A stretch of 64,000 bases of DNA, from assembly GCA_913031625.1 (NCBI GenBank), contig CAJWGB010000001.1:52533-116532 (forward strand), given 5' to 3'. Origin of the DNA: an uncultured Planctomycetaceae bacterium. Lineage in GTDB: Bacteria; Planctomycetota; Planctomycetia; Planctomycetales; Planctomycetaceae. The position numbers and the translations under genes are program-made. Below are positions 10,653-19,050 of the stretch, one piece after another (position 1 is the stretch's first letter; every line of letters starts with the position of its first letter). Under the pieces are notes generated by a model, which saw only the letters and a program-made list of their open reading frames with translations, was not told the origin of the DNA and did not search any database.

Positions 10653-11882
10653 CTAAATTCCCGCGAGCACCGTCGCGCGGCCCACACGTCCGATGCCGAT
10701 CAGATACGCAGCGGACCTTAATGAAATATGCTTCTCGGTGGCAATGCTCCACATTTTATCGAATGCGGCAGTCAGCTTCTTTGACAGCTCATTGCGCGTT
10801 CGATCAAGGTCCCACTTAAAGTATTGCTGATTCTGAACCCATTCAAAATAGCTGACGGTCACGCCGCCCGCGTTAGCCAGGATATCCGGGAGAACAATGA
10901 TCTCTTTCGACTGCAGGATGTCATCCGCTTCCGGGTCCACGGGACCGTTCGCAGCCTCCACAATATAGGAGGCTCGGACGTTGCCCGCATTTTCCTTCGT
11001 CAGCACTCCGCCGAGTGCCGCCGGAATCAGGACATCCACTTCCAGCTCAAGCAGCTCTTCATTCGTAATCATCTTTTCCGTTTCGAACCCCTTCAGGGTG
11101 CCATGTTCCCGAACATACGCGATGGCGGCCGGAATATGAATTCCTTTGGAGTCATAGAAGGCACCGCTGATGTCGGAGATGGCCACGACACGCGCGCCGG
11201 CACTGTGAAGGTAGTCAGCTGCCCACGATCCAACGTTGCCGAACCCCTGGATTGCGATCGTTGATTCGCTGGCCGTTCGGTCAAACTTACCAAGCAGCGC
11301 TTCTGTCAAAAGCCCAACGCCTCGCCCGGTCGCCTCTTCGCGGCCATCCGCTCCGTGAAGCTCAAGCGGCTTGCCGGTCACGATTGCCGGATTGAATCCA
11401 TGAAACTTCTCGTACTGATTGACGATCCATGCCATAACCTGTGCATTCGTTCCCATGTCCGGTGCGGGAATGTCCTTGTCAGGTCCGATGACATCCTGAA
11501 GTTCATCGACGAACTTACGAGTCATGAGTTCCAGCTCATTTCCTGACAGGGATCGGGGGTCAACTGAGATACCGCCTTTGGCACCACCGTAAGGAATGTC
11601 GACCACTGCCGTCTTCCATGTCATCAGCGAGGCCAGTGCGAGCACTTCATCAGCATCGACTTCATGATGAAATCGAAGTCCTCCTTTCATGGGACCGCGG
11701 GCACTGTTGTGCTGCATCCGGAAACCCACGAATGTCGCGATGTCCCCATTGTCCATTTTCATGGCGACCTGAACTTTCACCTCTCGTTCCGGAGTCAGCA
11801 GCAGCTTCTGCATGTTGGGTGACAGATCCATCACGCCGGCGGCTGTCTGAAAGTAATGCGAAGCTGATTCGTATGCGCTCAT
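10653..11882 (-). CDS. gdhA: Glu/Leu/Phe/Val dehydrogenase, most likely glutamate dehydrogenase
   Basis: Motifs [55 protein letters not shown] and [15 protein letters not shown]. Confidence 0.92.
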   Translation of the reverse strand: MSAYESASHYFQTAAGVMDLSPNMQKLLLTPEREVKVQVAMKMDNGDIATFVGFRMQHNSARGPMKGGLRFHHEVDADEVLALASLMTWKTAVVDIPYGGAKGGISVDPRSLSGNELELMTRKFVDELQDVIGPDKDIPAPDMGTNAQVMAWIVNQYEKFHGFNPAIVTGKPLELHGADGREEATGRGVGLLTEALLGKFDRTASESTIAIQGFGNVGSWAADYLHSAGARVVAISDISGAFYDSKGIHIPAAIAYVREHGTLKGFETEKMITNEELLELEVDVLIPAALGGVLTKENAGNVRASYIVEAANGPVDPEADDILQSKEIIVLPDILANAGGVTVSYFEWVQNQQYFKWDLDRTRNELSKKLTAAFDKMWSIATEKHISLRSAAYLIGIGRVGRATVLAGI

Positions 11883-11883
11883 G

Positions 11884-13068
11884 TCAGTGTTTTCCGGAAG
11901 GGTGACTCAGGCTTTGGTCTGACACCGTTGCTACGCCCGTGCTTTCGAATAACGCGGCAAATTGGGATGTCTTCAGGATTTTGGCGGCGATTTCACGGGC
12001 ATACAACGCATTGCCGTAGGCTGACAATTCGACGGACGCCGGAGAATACAACCGATCGGCCTGTTCGAACGACCGAAACGCGTTGGCTGGATCACAAAGT
12101 TCTACTTCATATTGCCGGCAGGCGGCATTTAGGATCTGTGACGGCAGGGTTTCAGCAACCGGCCACTGGGTGTCGGGAAGCTGATTTGCCAGATCAGAAA
12201 AGGATTCGCTTCCGGTCACCTGCCAGGGGACAGGAGAGGTTGTTACCAGAAGGGAAAAGTCCTGTTTCTTTGCCGCGTTCGCAAACCTGCGAAGCGGCCC
12301 GATGGCATGCTGAATTCTTAGCTTCAATCCATCAGCGTTGCCCAGAGTCCATTGATACTGTTCCGCCAGCGACCTTAATTCAGCTTCTGCATTCAATCCC
12401 TGCAGGGCAGTGCGCGCCAGCGCGGAATCTCTTACATGACGCACAAGCGGACCTGTTCCGTCCGCAAATTCATCCAACAGAGGGTTCGCGCAAACGGTGG
12501 CATGCTCTCCCGATACCAGTCGGCGTCGATAGATCGCGTCATCCGTCACGTCATTCATCCCAAAATGCAGAATGACAAGGTCCGGTTCGAGGCGATGCAG
12601 TTCATGTCGAAAGGCAAGCCACGAAAGCAGCGGGCTGTAACCCGGGATGCCTCCATTGATGACATGCACCTGACGCTGAGTGGCTCGTTCCAGAAACTGT
12701 TCCAGTCGTCCCGGTAACGATTCTTTACTGCCAACCCGTGCACTCAGGACGGTCTCGTCACCCAGAAAGAGGACTCGCAGCGCGTTTCTGCCGGTTCTGG
12801 AGTCGGGGGTCTGGCGAAGACCAAGCGAAGAGGTCTTAAACTCAGGGCCACCCAGCATCCGCAGTCGCGCGGAACGTTTCAGTTCGTGGTGGCGGGTTGC
12901 GGAGGGGACCAGTAACCGTTGCACGGCTGCATCTGCCTGACTGGTTACTGCTGGAGGTTTGGGCGGAGCAAGCCAGCCGAGCCCGACCTCCGCGACCACC
13001 AGCGCAAGCCCCAGCAGCAACACGGCCGCCAGGAGGTTTTTAAGACTGGTAGCAGTTCTTCGAAACAT
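11884..13068 (-). CDS. Membrane-anchored SGNH/GDSL-like protein, catalytic residues apparently missing
   Basis: N-terminal hydrophobic helix, then LFLGDET (block I), [10 protein letters not shown] (block II) and [10 protein letters not shown] (block III). SD GGAAGG lies before ATG 13068. Confidence 0.75.
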   Translation of the reverse strand: MFRRTATSLKNLLAAVLLLGLALVVAEVGLGWLAPPKPPAVTSQADAAVQRLLVPSATRHHELKRSARLRMLGGPEFKTSSLGLRQTPDSRTGRNALRVLFLGDETVLSARVGSKESLPGRLEQFLERATQRQVHVINGGIPGYSPLLSWLAFRHELHRLEPDLVILHFGMNDVTDDAIYRRRLVSGEHATVCANPLLDEFADGTGPLVRHVRDSALARTALQGLNAEAELRSLAEQYQWTLGNADGLKLRIQHAIGPLRRFANAAKKQDFSLLVTTSPVPWQVTGSESFSDLANQLPDTQWPVAETLPSQILNAACRQYEVELCDPANAFRSFEQADRLYSPASVELSAYGNALYAREIAAKILKTSQFAALFESTGVATVSDQSLSHPSGKH

Positions 13069-13170
13069 CGGATCCTTCCGCGAGAAGTGTATCTGATTGG
13101 GACCCAATGCAGAAAGGGCGAGTCTCGACTGAGACTCGCCCTTTGGTTCCGTTGCAGCAGATCTGTCGGA

Positions 13171-14679
13171 TCAGGCTGCCTTGCGTTCGGCGGTGTGAAT
13201 TTTCAGGTTTGATCCCGGACCCCCACGTGGCGGGTAGCCGTATTCTCTGAGTTTGCCGGACAGTGTTCTGAGGCCAATTTTCAGGATCTGAGCTGTTCGC
13301 TCTCGATTGCCGTTACAGCGGGCAAATGTCGATTCGATCAGCTTTCGCTCCATTTCGCGAAGCGTCATCCCGACACCTTCGACATTGCCTTCTTCGGCAG
13401 AATCATTCTGCAGCCATGGGCGAATGCTTTCGGCTCCGATTGCTCCACCCACTTCGATGGTGCAGGCTCGCTCAATCACATTCTGCAATTCGCGGACATT
13501 GCCCGGCCATGGGTGATTCTCAAGCAGCTGCAGAGCTTCAGTCGCCACCGAACGAGGGGGTCGGCCTTCCTTCAGGCTGATCTCACCGATGAAGTGTTCG
13601 ACGAGCAGAGGAATATCATTCTGTCGCACTCGCAGAGGTGGCGACTGCAGAGTAATTCCACTCAGATGCTGCAGCAGGTCGTCCCGAAAACGTCCTTCCA
13701 TCGCAAGGCGATTCAAATCACAGTGAGTCGCTGCGATAAAGCGAATGTTGGGCGACTCTGTCGTGCCATTCAGAATTGAAGTGGCTCGCTTTTCGAGGAG
13801 CAGAGCCAGTCTCTTCTGGAATGGCAGAGCCACGGTTTCCACATTGTCCAGCAGGATGGAGCCGCCATCGGCCATCTTGAGGTAACCGGGGAATCCTTCC
13901 GGACTCTCATCTCCAAACAGCTGGTGTTCCAGAGTCTCAACTGAGTGCAGGCTACAGTCGATTCGCAGGAATGGTTTTTCAGCTCGTCGGCTGCACCGGT
14001 GCAGTCCTTCTGCAATTAGAGTCGTTCCACTGCCGGCCTCTCCGCGAACCAGCACTGTGCGATCATCATCAGCAGCGATGCGAATGCTCTCCCGCAGAGC
14101 CTGCATAGCCGGTGTACTTCCAACAAGGTCCATCAGATTGCGGTTAAGCAACTGACGCTTCAGGTTTTCGTTTTCGCGAATCAGGTCGCTCTTATTGATT
14201 GCTGACAGCAGTGCTGCCCCGAAACGGGTTGCACTGAACGGTCGCTCAATCACATCGCATTCGAAGGTTGGAACCGTTTCGCGGCCCCAGCGTGAATCTT
14301 CTGAGACGATGCAGAGGACCTGTGCTGCTCGGGAGTGGCTGCGAATCGCAGCATGCACTTCCTGAATGCGTGACACATTGTCCGCATCATCAATGATGCA
14401 GATCTGAAACTCCTGACGACTCAGGTGAAACAGCATCGCATCCGGGCTGTCTGTTTCGCAGACGTTCATGCCACGTTTTCGGACATCGTCGGCCAACAGC
14501 TGACGAGCCCCAGGGCGTGGTGAGAACACCAGAACAGACTGAGCCGGAGCCGGTTCAGCAGGTGCGGTCGGTGGAGGTGCAAGTGATTCGGGAGCCGTGC
14601 TGTGTCCGGTTGGCGATGGGCCGGACGGAAAGCGGAGTATCTGCGGCTCATGATGAGTGCCAGACGCATACTCGTTCAT
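13171..14679 (-). CDS. NtrC/FleQ-like regulator (degenerate receiver, AAA+ domain, Fis-type HTH) with degenerate ATPase motifs
   Basis: VLVRGEAGSG, RFIAATH, PPLRVR, WPGNVRELQNVIERA and HTH NGNRERTAQILKIGLRTL. Confidence 0.88.
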   Translation of the reverse strand: MNEYASGTHHEPQILRFPSGPSPTGHSTAPESLAPPPTAPAEPAPAQSVLVFSPRPGARQLLADDVRKRGMNVCETDSPDAMLFHLSRQEFQICIIDDADNVSRIQEVHAAIRSHSRAAQVLCIVSEDSRWGRETVPTFECDVIERPFSATRFGAALLSAINKSDLIRENENLKRQLLNRNLMDLVGSTPAMQALRESIRIAADDDRTVLVRGEAGSGTTLIAEGLHRCSRRAEKPFLRIDCSLHSVETLEHQLFGDESPEGFPGYLKMADGGSILLDNVETVALPFQKRLALLLEKRATSILNGTTESPNIRFIAATHCDLNRLAMEGRFRDDLLQHLSGITLQSPPLRVRQNDIPLLVEHFIGEISLKEGRPPRSVATEALQLLENHPWPGNVRELQNVIERACTIEVGGAIGAESIRPWLQNDSAEEGNVEGVGMTLREMERKLIESTFARCNGNRERTAQILKIGLRTLSGKLREYGYPPRGGPGSNLKIHTAERKAA

Positions 14680-15175
14680 GATGTCCTCGACTTGAGCGGA
14701 TCGGAGAGAAGCGGAGAGATGACTTTGAATGAACGGTGCAGACCGCGTAGTTCACGTCCCTGTGAAAAACGTTCAAAGTCCCCCGAAGGGAAGAAGGGAG
14801 AAGAGAGAGGTTTTGAACTCAGAGTTGAGTTCGGTTTGAGAGGCCGAGTGATATCTGGATTTGTCTTTTTGTGTCAACACAGTTTTCTTTAGAAAAAATC
14901 CTTTTCGAACCCAGGGTTCCAACAAATTCCTGAAAGCCTCCGCCGTTCTGCCCACATTTCGTGATTTGACGCAGGTGACCGGCAGATTCTGCAGCAACAG
15001 GCATCGAGACAAACAGCCGATCACGCGGATCGCAATCGGGGAATCGCACGAGCTGACACTTTTGGCGCTGGAACCCACTGCTGGGATAAGTGCGGGCAAC
15101 CGTCTATCGGAAGTGAGATGCTCTGAACGACTGCGGGTGAGTCTGATCTGATGCAGATGGTGTACGACCGCGTTT

Positions 15176-15255
15176 GTCTGCCCAGTGTTTTCCGGTCTTT
15201 GAAGACACCCGCGAACCCGTTGAATGATTGAGTTTTGATTTAATCAACAGGGCCT
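15176..15255 (+). mobile_element. Partial second copy of a MITE-like element (right end)
   Basis: By-eye alignment to 21302-21382 gives about 64 of 81 identical positions. It ends in GTTTTGATTTAATCAACAGGGCCT, matching the terminal repeat of the 21.3 kb copy. Confidence 0.6.
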
Positions 15256-15378
15256 CAGGCGACATTTGTTTGATCAGGACCTCGCGACAAAACAGTCCGT
15301 GTCGGCCCTGATGATTCGCAATCCTCCCCAACGGAAGGCGAACTTAGGCGATTTGCCTGAGGCAACGAGGCCGAAGTT

Positions 15379-16338
15379 CTATATTTCCCAGCCAGCTTCC
15401 TTGAACAGGGGCACGTAGTGGTCGGGAATCCATAGCCGGTCTTCCGGATGTGGTACGGTGAAATATTCCTGCGGTGCGATCAGCTTTTTGCTGTCCGAGG
15501 AAAGGTCAATCAGGTGGCGGCCTGGAATTGACCGACGGCAAAGAAATCGCAGCTCAAAAGGCTCCAGCAGCAGGGGCGATGTCATGTCGAACAGGCCAAG
15601 GTGTTTCTCTCGGGCTGTCTGAACGCGTCTTCGAGCCCACGAAACCTCAGTGTCATTTTCTGCAAACTCACGCGCCGTGCCCGGGGGAATCACGGCCGCA
15701 CTAATTGATGCGGGGCGGTCAAACGGATTGACGTTTGGCCAGATAAAGTAGGGAAACGCCATGCCGCGTTCGAGCAGTCGCATGTTGTATGTGGGCGGCC
15801 GTGGGGTGGGTTCTGTACGCCGAGGCTGATTGCGATTGATGGTGCAAAGAAAACGTCCGTACGCGTCCATGACTTCGAATCCAAACCGCAGGTAGTACCC
15901 GAAACTGCTCAGATCCTGTCCCATAATCTCCATGTCTTTGGATACCAGGTTTCGAAACGTTTCGGTGGCACGGTCCGCGTGAGACTTGTGCTCTGTCCCG
16001 GGTTCGCCCGTCAGTTTGGCGAGAATGAATGATCTGAGTCCGTCTGGAATCTCGCCGTAAGGCCCCCACTTTGCATCAAAGGGCGACTTCAGGAACTCGT
16101 TCCAGCGAGGGTTGTCCATATTAACAAAGTTCAGCTTCGGTCCGGGAAACGCAAAGCTGACTTCAGGAGTATCGATCCCCAGCAGCCGCACGGCGATGTT
16201 GCCTTTGGCAGTGACGTTGATCGTGTCTCCATCATGAACCTGTTGAGCAACGGTTGCGGGAGCTCCGTCATAAAGCGATACGGTTGCAAGTCCCGTTGTT
16301 CTGTTGTTCTCTGAGTCGCTGCGAATAGCTTTCGGCAT
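15379..16338 (-). CDS. Thermonuclease (SNase)-family protein
   Basis: SNase motifs HDGDT, VRLLGIDTPE, DAYGRFL and NMRLLERGMA, plus A(REKHL)GLF. No signal peptide seen. Confidence 0.75.
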   Translation of the reverse strand: MPKAIRSDSENNRTTGLATVSLYDGAPATVAQQVHDGDTINVTAKGNIAVRLLGIDTPEVSFAFPGPKLNFVNMDNPRWNEFLKSPFDAKWGPYGEIPDGLRSFILAKLTGEPGTEHKSHADRATETFRNLVSKDMEIMGQDLSSFGYYLRFGFEVMDAYGRFLCTINRNQPRRTEPTPRPPTYNMRLLERGMAFPYFIWPNVNPFDRPASISAAVIPPGTAREFAENDTEVSWARRRVQTAREKHLGLFDMTSPLLLEPFELRFLCRRSIPGRHLIDLSSDSKKLIAPQEYFTVPHPEDRLWIPDHYVPLFKEAGWEI

Positions 16339-16611
16339 GTGTGAGCTCCGGTGAGGTGACTGCGTGCCGTCATCTTAGCTGTCCGCCTGTCGCGGGAACA
16401 AATGTGCCCGCCGGACACAGATTAATTCCGGCGAAACACAGAGTTGAGGTCGTCGATGTGCTTTCCGGATCAGCGAATCTGCAGGCGACAGGCCGAACAG
16501 ACTCGTTCATCGTGAGTCCGCCTGGTAGAGTCGGTCTGATCGTTGGCCGATCGGGACCTGGCTTGATGGCCTCAAGTCGATCCTCTGTTTCATCATTCAG
16601 AAAGACCTGCA

Positions 16612-17088
16612 ATGTCAGATCCGATAGATCCGATTCCGTCCGGATACGCTGGTGCGACTCCGTATCTGATCGTCAGAGACGGTGGCAAAGCGATCGATTT
16701 CTACACTCAGGTATTTGGTGCTGAGGAAGTCCTGCGACTGGCGTCTCCCGACGATGGTTCCATTGGTCACGCGGAACTGAGGATTGCGGGCGGCATTATC
16801 ATGCTGGCCGACGAAGTTCCCGATATGGACATTTTTGCTCCGCCGTCAGTGGGCGGAAGTTCTGTGGGACTGATGGTCTATGTTGAAGACCCGGATGCAG
16901 TGTTTGCTGCAGCTCTGGGTGCAGGTGCGACCCAGTTTAAGCCCGTCTGCGATCAGTTTTACGGAGAACGATCGGGGACGTTTGACGACCCGTTCGGCCA
17001 TCGCTGGACGGTGAGCTGCCGAATCGAAGAAATGAGCCACGAGGAGGTCAGGCAAAAGTTCGAGCAGCTTTACGGCGATGGGGGGTAG
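16612..17088 (+). CDS. VOC family protein (glyoxalase/PhnB-like)
   Basis: TPYLIVRDGGKAIDFYTQVFGA, HAELRI, DQFYGERSG and DPFGHRW. Confidence 0.92.
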   Translation: MSDPIDPIPSGYAGATPYLIVRDGGKAIDFYTQVFGAEEVLRLASPDDGSIGHAELRIAGGIIMLADEVPDMDIFAPPSVGGSSVGLMVYVEDPDAVFAAALGAGATQFKPVCDQFYGERSGTFDDPFGHRWTVSCRIEEMSHEEVRQKFEQLYGDGG

Positions 17089-17367
17089 AACAGGCAAAGC
17101 TGGAGGGAGCTCAACTCCATCAACGAGGTTACTCCAGCTTCTTCTGTGTTCGTTTGGGTGCGATGAGCTCACGATTCGAATTCATTGGTTAGCTCCGCAC
17201 GGACGTGAGAGTGAACACATGTATCTGTTGTGGCGATTTGCTGGGCTGAAGCGATCTGCTGCAGTGTGTCACTCTGACTGACTCAGGCTGACACATCTAT
17301 GGTGCCACCCTTGTCTGCGGCTGCAAAGAAGCCTTGTTAAACAGCTGTTTAGAAATTCTGAAAGTTC

Positions 17368-17383
17368 TGGCACCAAGTGTGCA
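17368..17383 (+). promoter_or_regulatory. Putative sigma-54 (-24/-12) promoter
   Basis: TGGCACCAAGTGTGCA fits TGGCAC-N5-TTGCA with correct GG/GC spacing and one mismatch. It lies in an AT-richer intergenic stretch. Confidence 0.5.
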
Positions 17384-17874
17384 ATTCTTATAGCTAAGGC
17401 CCTTGAATCGATTTACTCTTTTGATTCCCGAGAGGGTCAAATTATTGGGTCGGATCCGTCCGACTACTGAGCCTGCAAATTCATATGGAGATGACACGTT
17501 CTTCTCGATTCTCATCCGTGGGTTCAATTTAATTGGGGCGGTGTTCTTAACGAACGCCGCCTTTTTTCATGCGCTGGCAGCAGCGTTTGATATTGAGTGG
17601 TCCGTCGTGTCACGCCCGTGCGCCTGACGGTTAAACGAACAGGAGGTATCGGAGACCTTCGAGTGATCGCTTAACCGGAGACTGGCAGGGTCCCGCGCTC
17701 ATCCGTCGCCCTTTCACGGCTGTGTTTCGTTCCGACGGGCAAAAGACAGAGCACGACCTGAGGCGATTAGGCTAAGGCAATGAGAGCGCGGCTACTGATT
17801 CCTCCTATTGCTGAGATTCTCCACCCCACCTAAAATCCCGCCCTGTTCATTCGGTCACGTCGTTCGGACCCTGT

Positions 17875-19050
17875 TTGGTTCCTGAAACTGATTTCCGCTC
17901 TCGTCGCCCACCTCAACCTGTGACCGCCCCCTCAGACATTGTCGTCCTTGGCTCGACCGGCTCCATCGGCGTGAGCTGCATGGATGTCCTGCGTTCGCAT
18001 CCTGAGTCGCTGCGTCTTGCAGGGGCCTCGACGAATCGCCGAACAGAGGTCCTGGGCGAGCAGATCCGGGAATTCCGGCCAGACTGGGTGCACGTAGGAG
18101 ACAGCTCGGCAGCTGCGCAATTTGAATCGAATCTGGCGATCGATTCGCAGGAAATGCTCAATTGCGTGAGGTCAGCGGACGTCGTGGTTTCCGCCATCGT
18201 TGGTGCGGCGGGTCTTGAGCCCACATGGGCGGCTGTCGATGGTGGTGCTCGTGTTGCACTGGCGAATAAAGAGAGTCTGGTGGTGGCCGGACACTTGATG
18301 ACGGGCCGAGCAGCAGAGACGGGTGCCCAGTTGCTGCCCGTTGACAGTGAGCATTCTGCAATCTTTCAGGCGCTGCAGGCGGGGAGGCGTTGTGATCTGC
18401 GGCGAATTGTCCTGACGGCAAGCGGTGGGCCATTCCGGGGCTGGACACGAGCGCAAATGGAGGATGTCACTCCGGAAATGGCTCTGAAACACCCGACATG
18501 GGAAATGGGTCGCAAGATTACGGTTGATTCAGCGACAATGATGAACAAGGCGCTGGAAGTTATCGAGGCGCGATGGTTATTCGGTGTGGCAGCAGATCAG
18601 ATCTCCGTCGTCATTCATCCGCAGTCTTTTATCCACTCATTTGTGGAATATCGGGATGGATCGGTAATTTCTCAAATGTCACCGCCCGACATGCGTCTAC
18701 CGATACAGTATGCTTTGACGTTTCCCGATCGCGTGGATTGTCCCTGTCCGGACACGGACTGGACGACCCCGATGAACCTGGAACTGATTCCACCCGACCT
18801 CGAGGCATTTCCAGCCCTTCAGCTGGGTTTTGAGGTAGCGGCAGTCGGCGGGACGTCGGGCGCTGTTCTGAATGCTGCGAATGAAGTCGCAGTCGAACGT
18901 TTCCTGAACGGCGAGATTCGCTTTACTGACATTACGCGAATCTCCCGACACATTCTTGATCACCATACATTCGATGCCCAGCCAGATCTGACTCAGGTTT
19001 TAAGTCAGGACGCATGGGCTCGGGAGGAAGCACTTCGGTGGACACCCTGA
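17875..19050 (+). CDS. dxr: 1-deoxy-D-xylulose 5-phosphate reductoisomerase (start may be GTG 17920)
   Basis: Motifs VLGSTGSIG, ALANKESLV, LPVDSEH, LTASGGPF, ALKHPTWEMG, KITVDSATMMNK and NAANEVAV. Confidence 0.97.
   Translation: MVPETDFRSRRPPQPVTAPSDIVVLGSTGSIGVSCMDVLRSHPESLRLAGASTNRRTEVLGEQIREFRPDWVHVGDSSAAAQFESNLAIDSQEMLNCVRSADVVVSAIVGAAGLEPTWAAVDGGARVALANKESLVVAGHLMTGRAAETGAQLLPVDSEHSAIFQALQAGRRCDLRRIVLTASGGPFRGWTRAQMEDVTPEMALKHPTWEMGRKITVDSATMMNKALEVIEARWLFGVAADQISVVIHPQSFIHSFVEYRDGSVISQMSPPDMRLPIQYALTFPDRVDCPCPDTDWTTPMNLELIPPDLEAFPALQLGFEVAAVGGTSGAVLNAANEVAVERFLNGEIRFTDITRISRHILDHHTFDAQPDLTQVLSQDAWAREEALRWTP

Noticed and set aside
16370-16612. 80-aa minus-strand ORF upstream of the nuclease, considered as a leader or precursor peptide
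   Set aside because: Its start collides with the divergent VOC start codon at 16612, leaving no promoter or SD space, and it has no recognisable motif.
17329-17345. 11-nt match (CTGTTTAACAA, reverse strand) to the MITE-like left end
   Set aside because: Too short, with no flanking similarity; compatible with chance.
17403-17627. 74-aa ORF after the sigma-54 motif, and a CsrB/Rsm-type sRNA idea based on GGA motifs
   Set aside because: The TTG start lacks an SD and the product has no motif. Only about four GGA motifs occur, without clear repeated hairpin loops.
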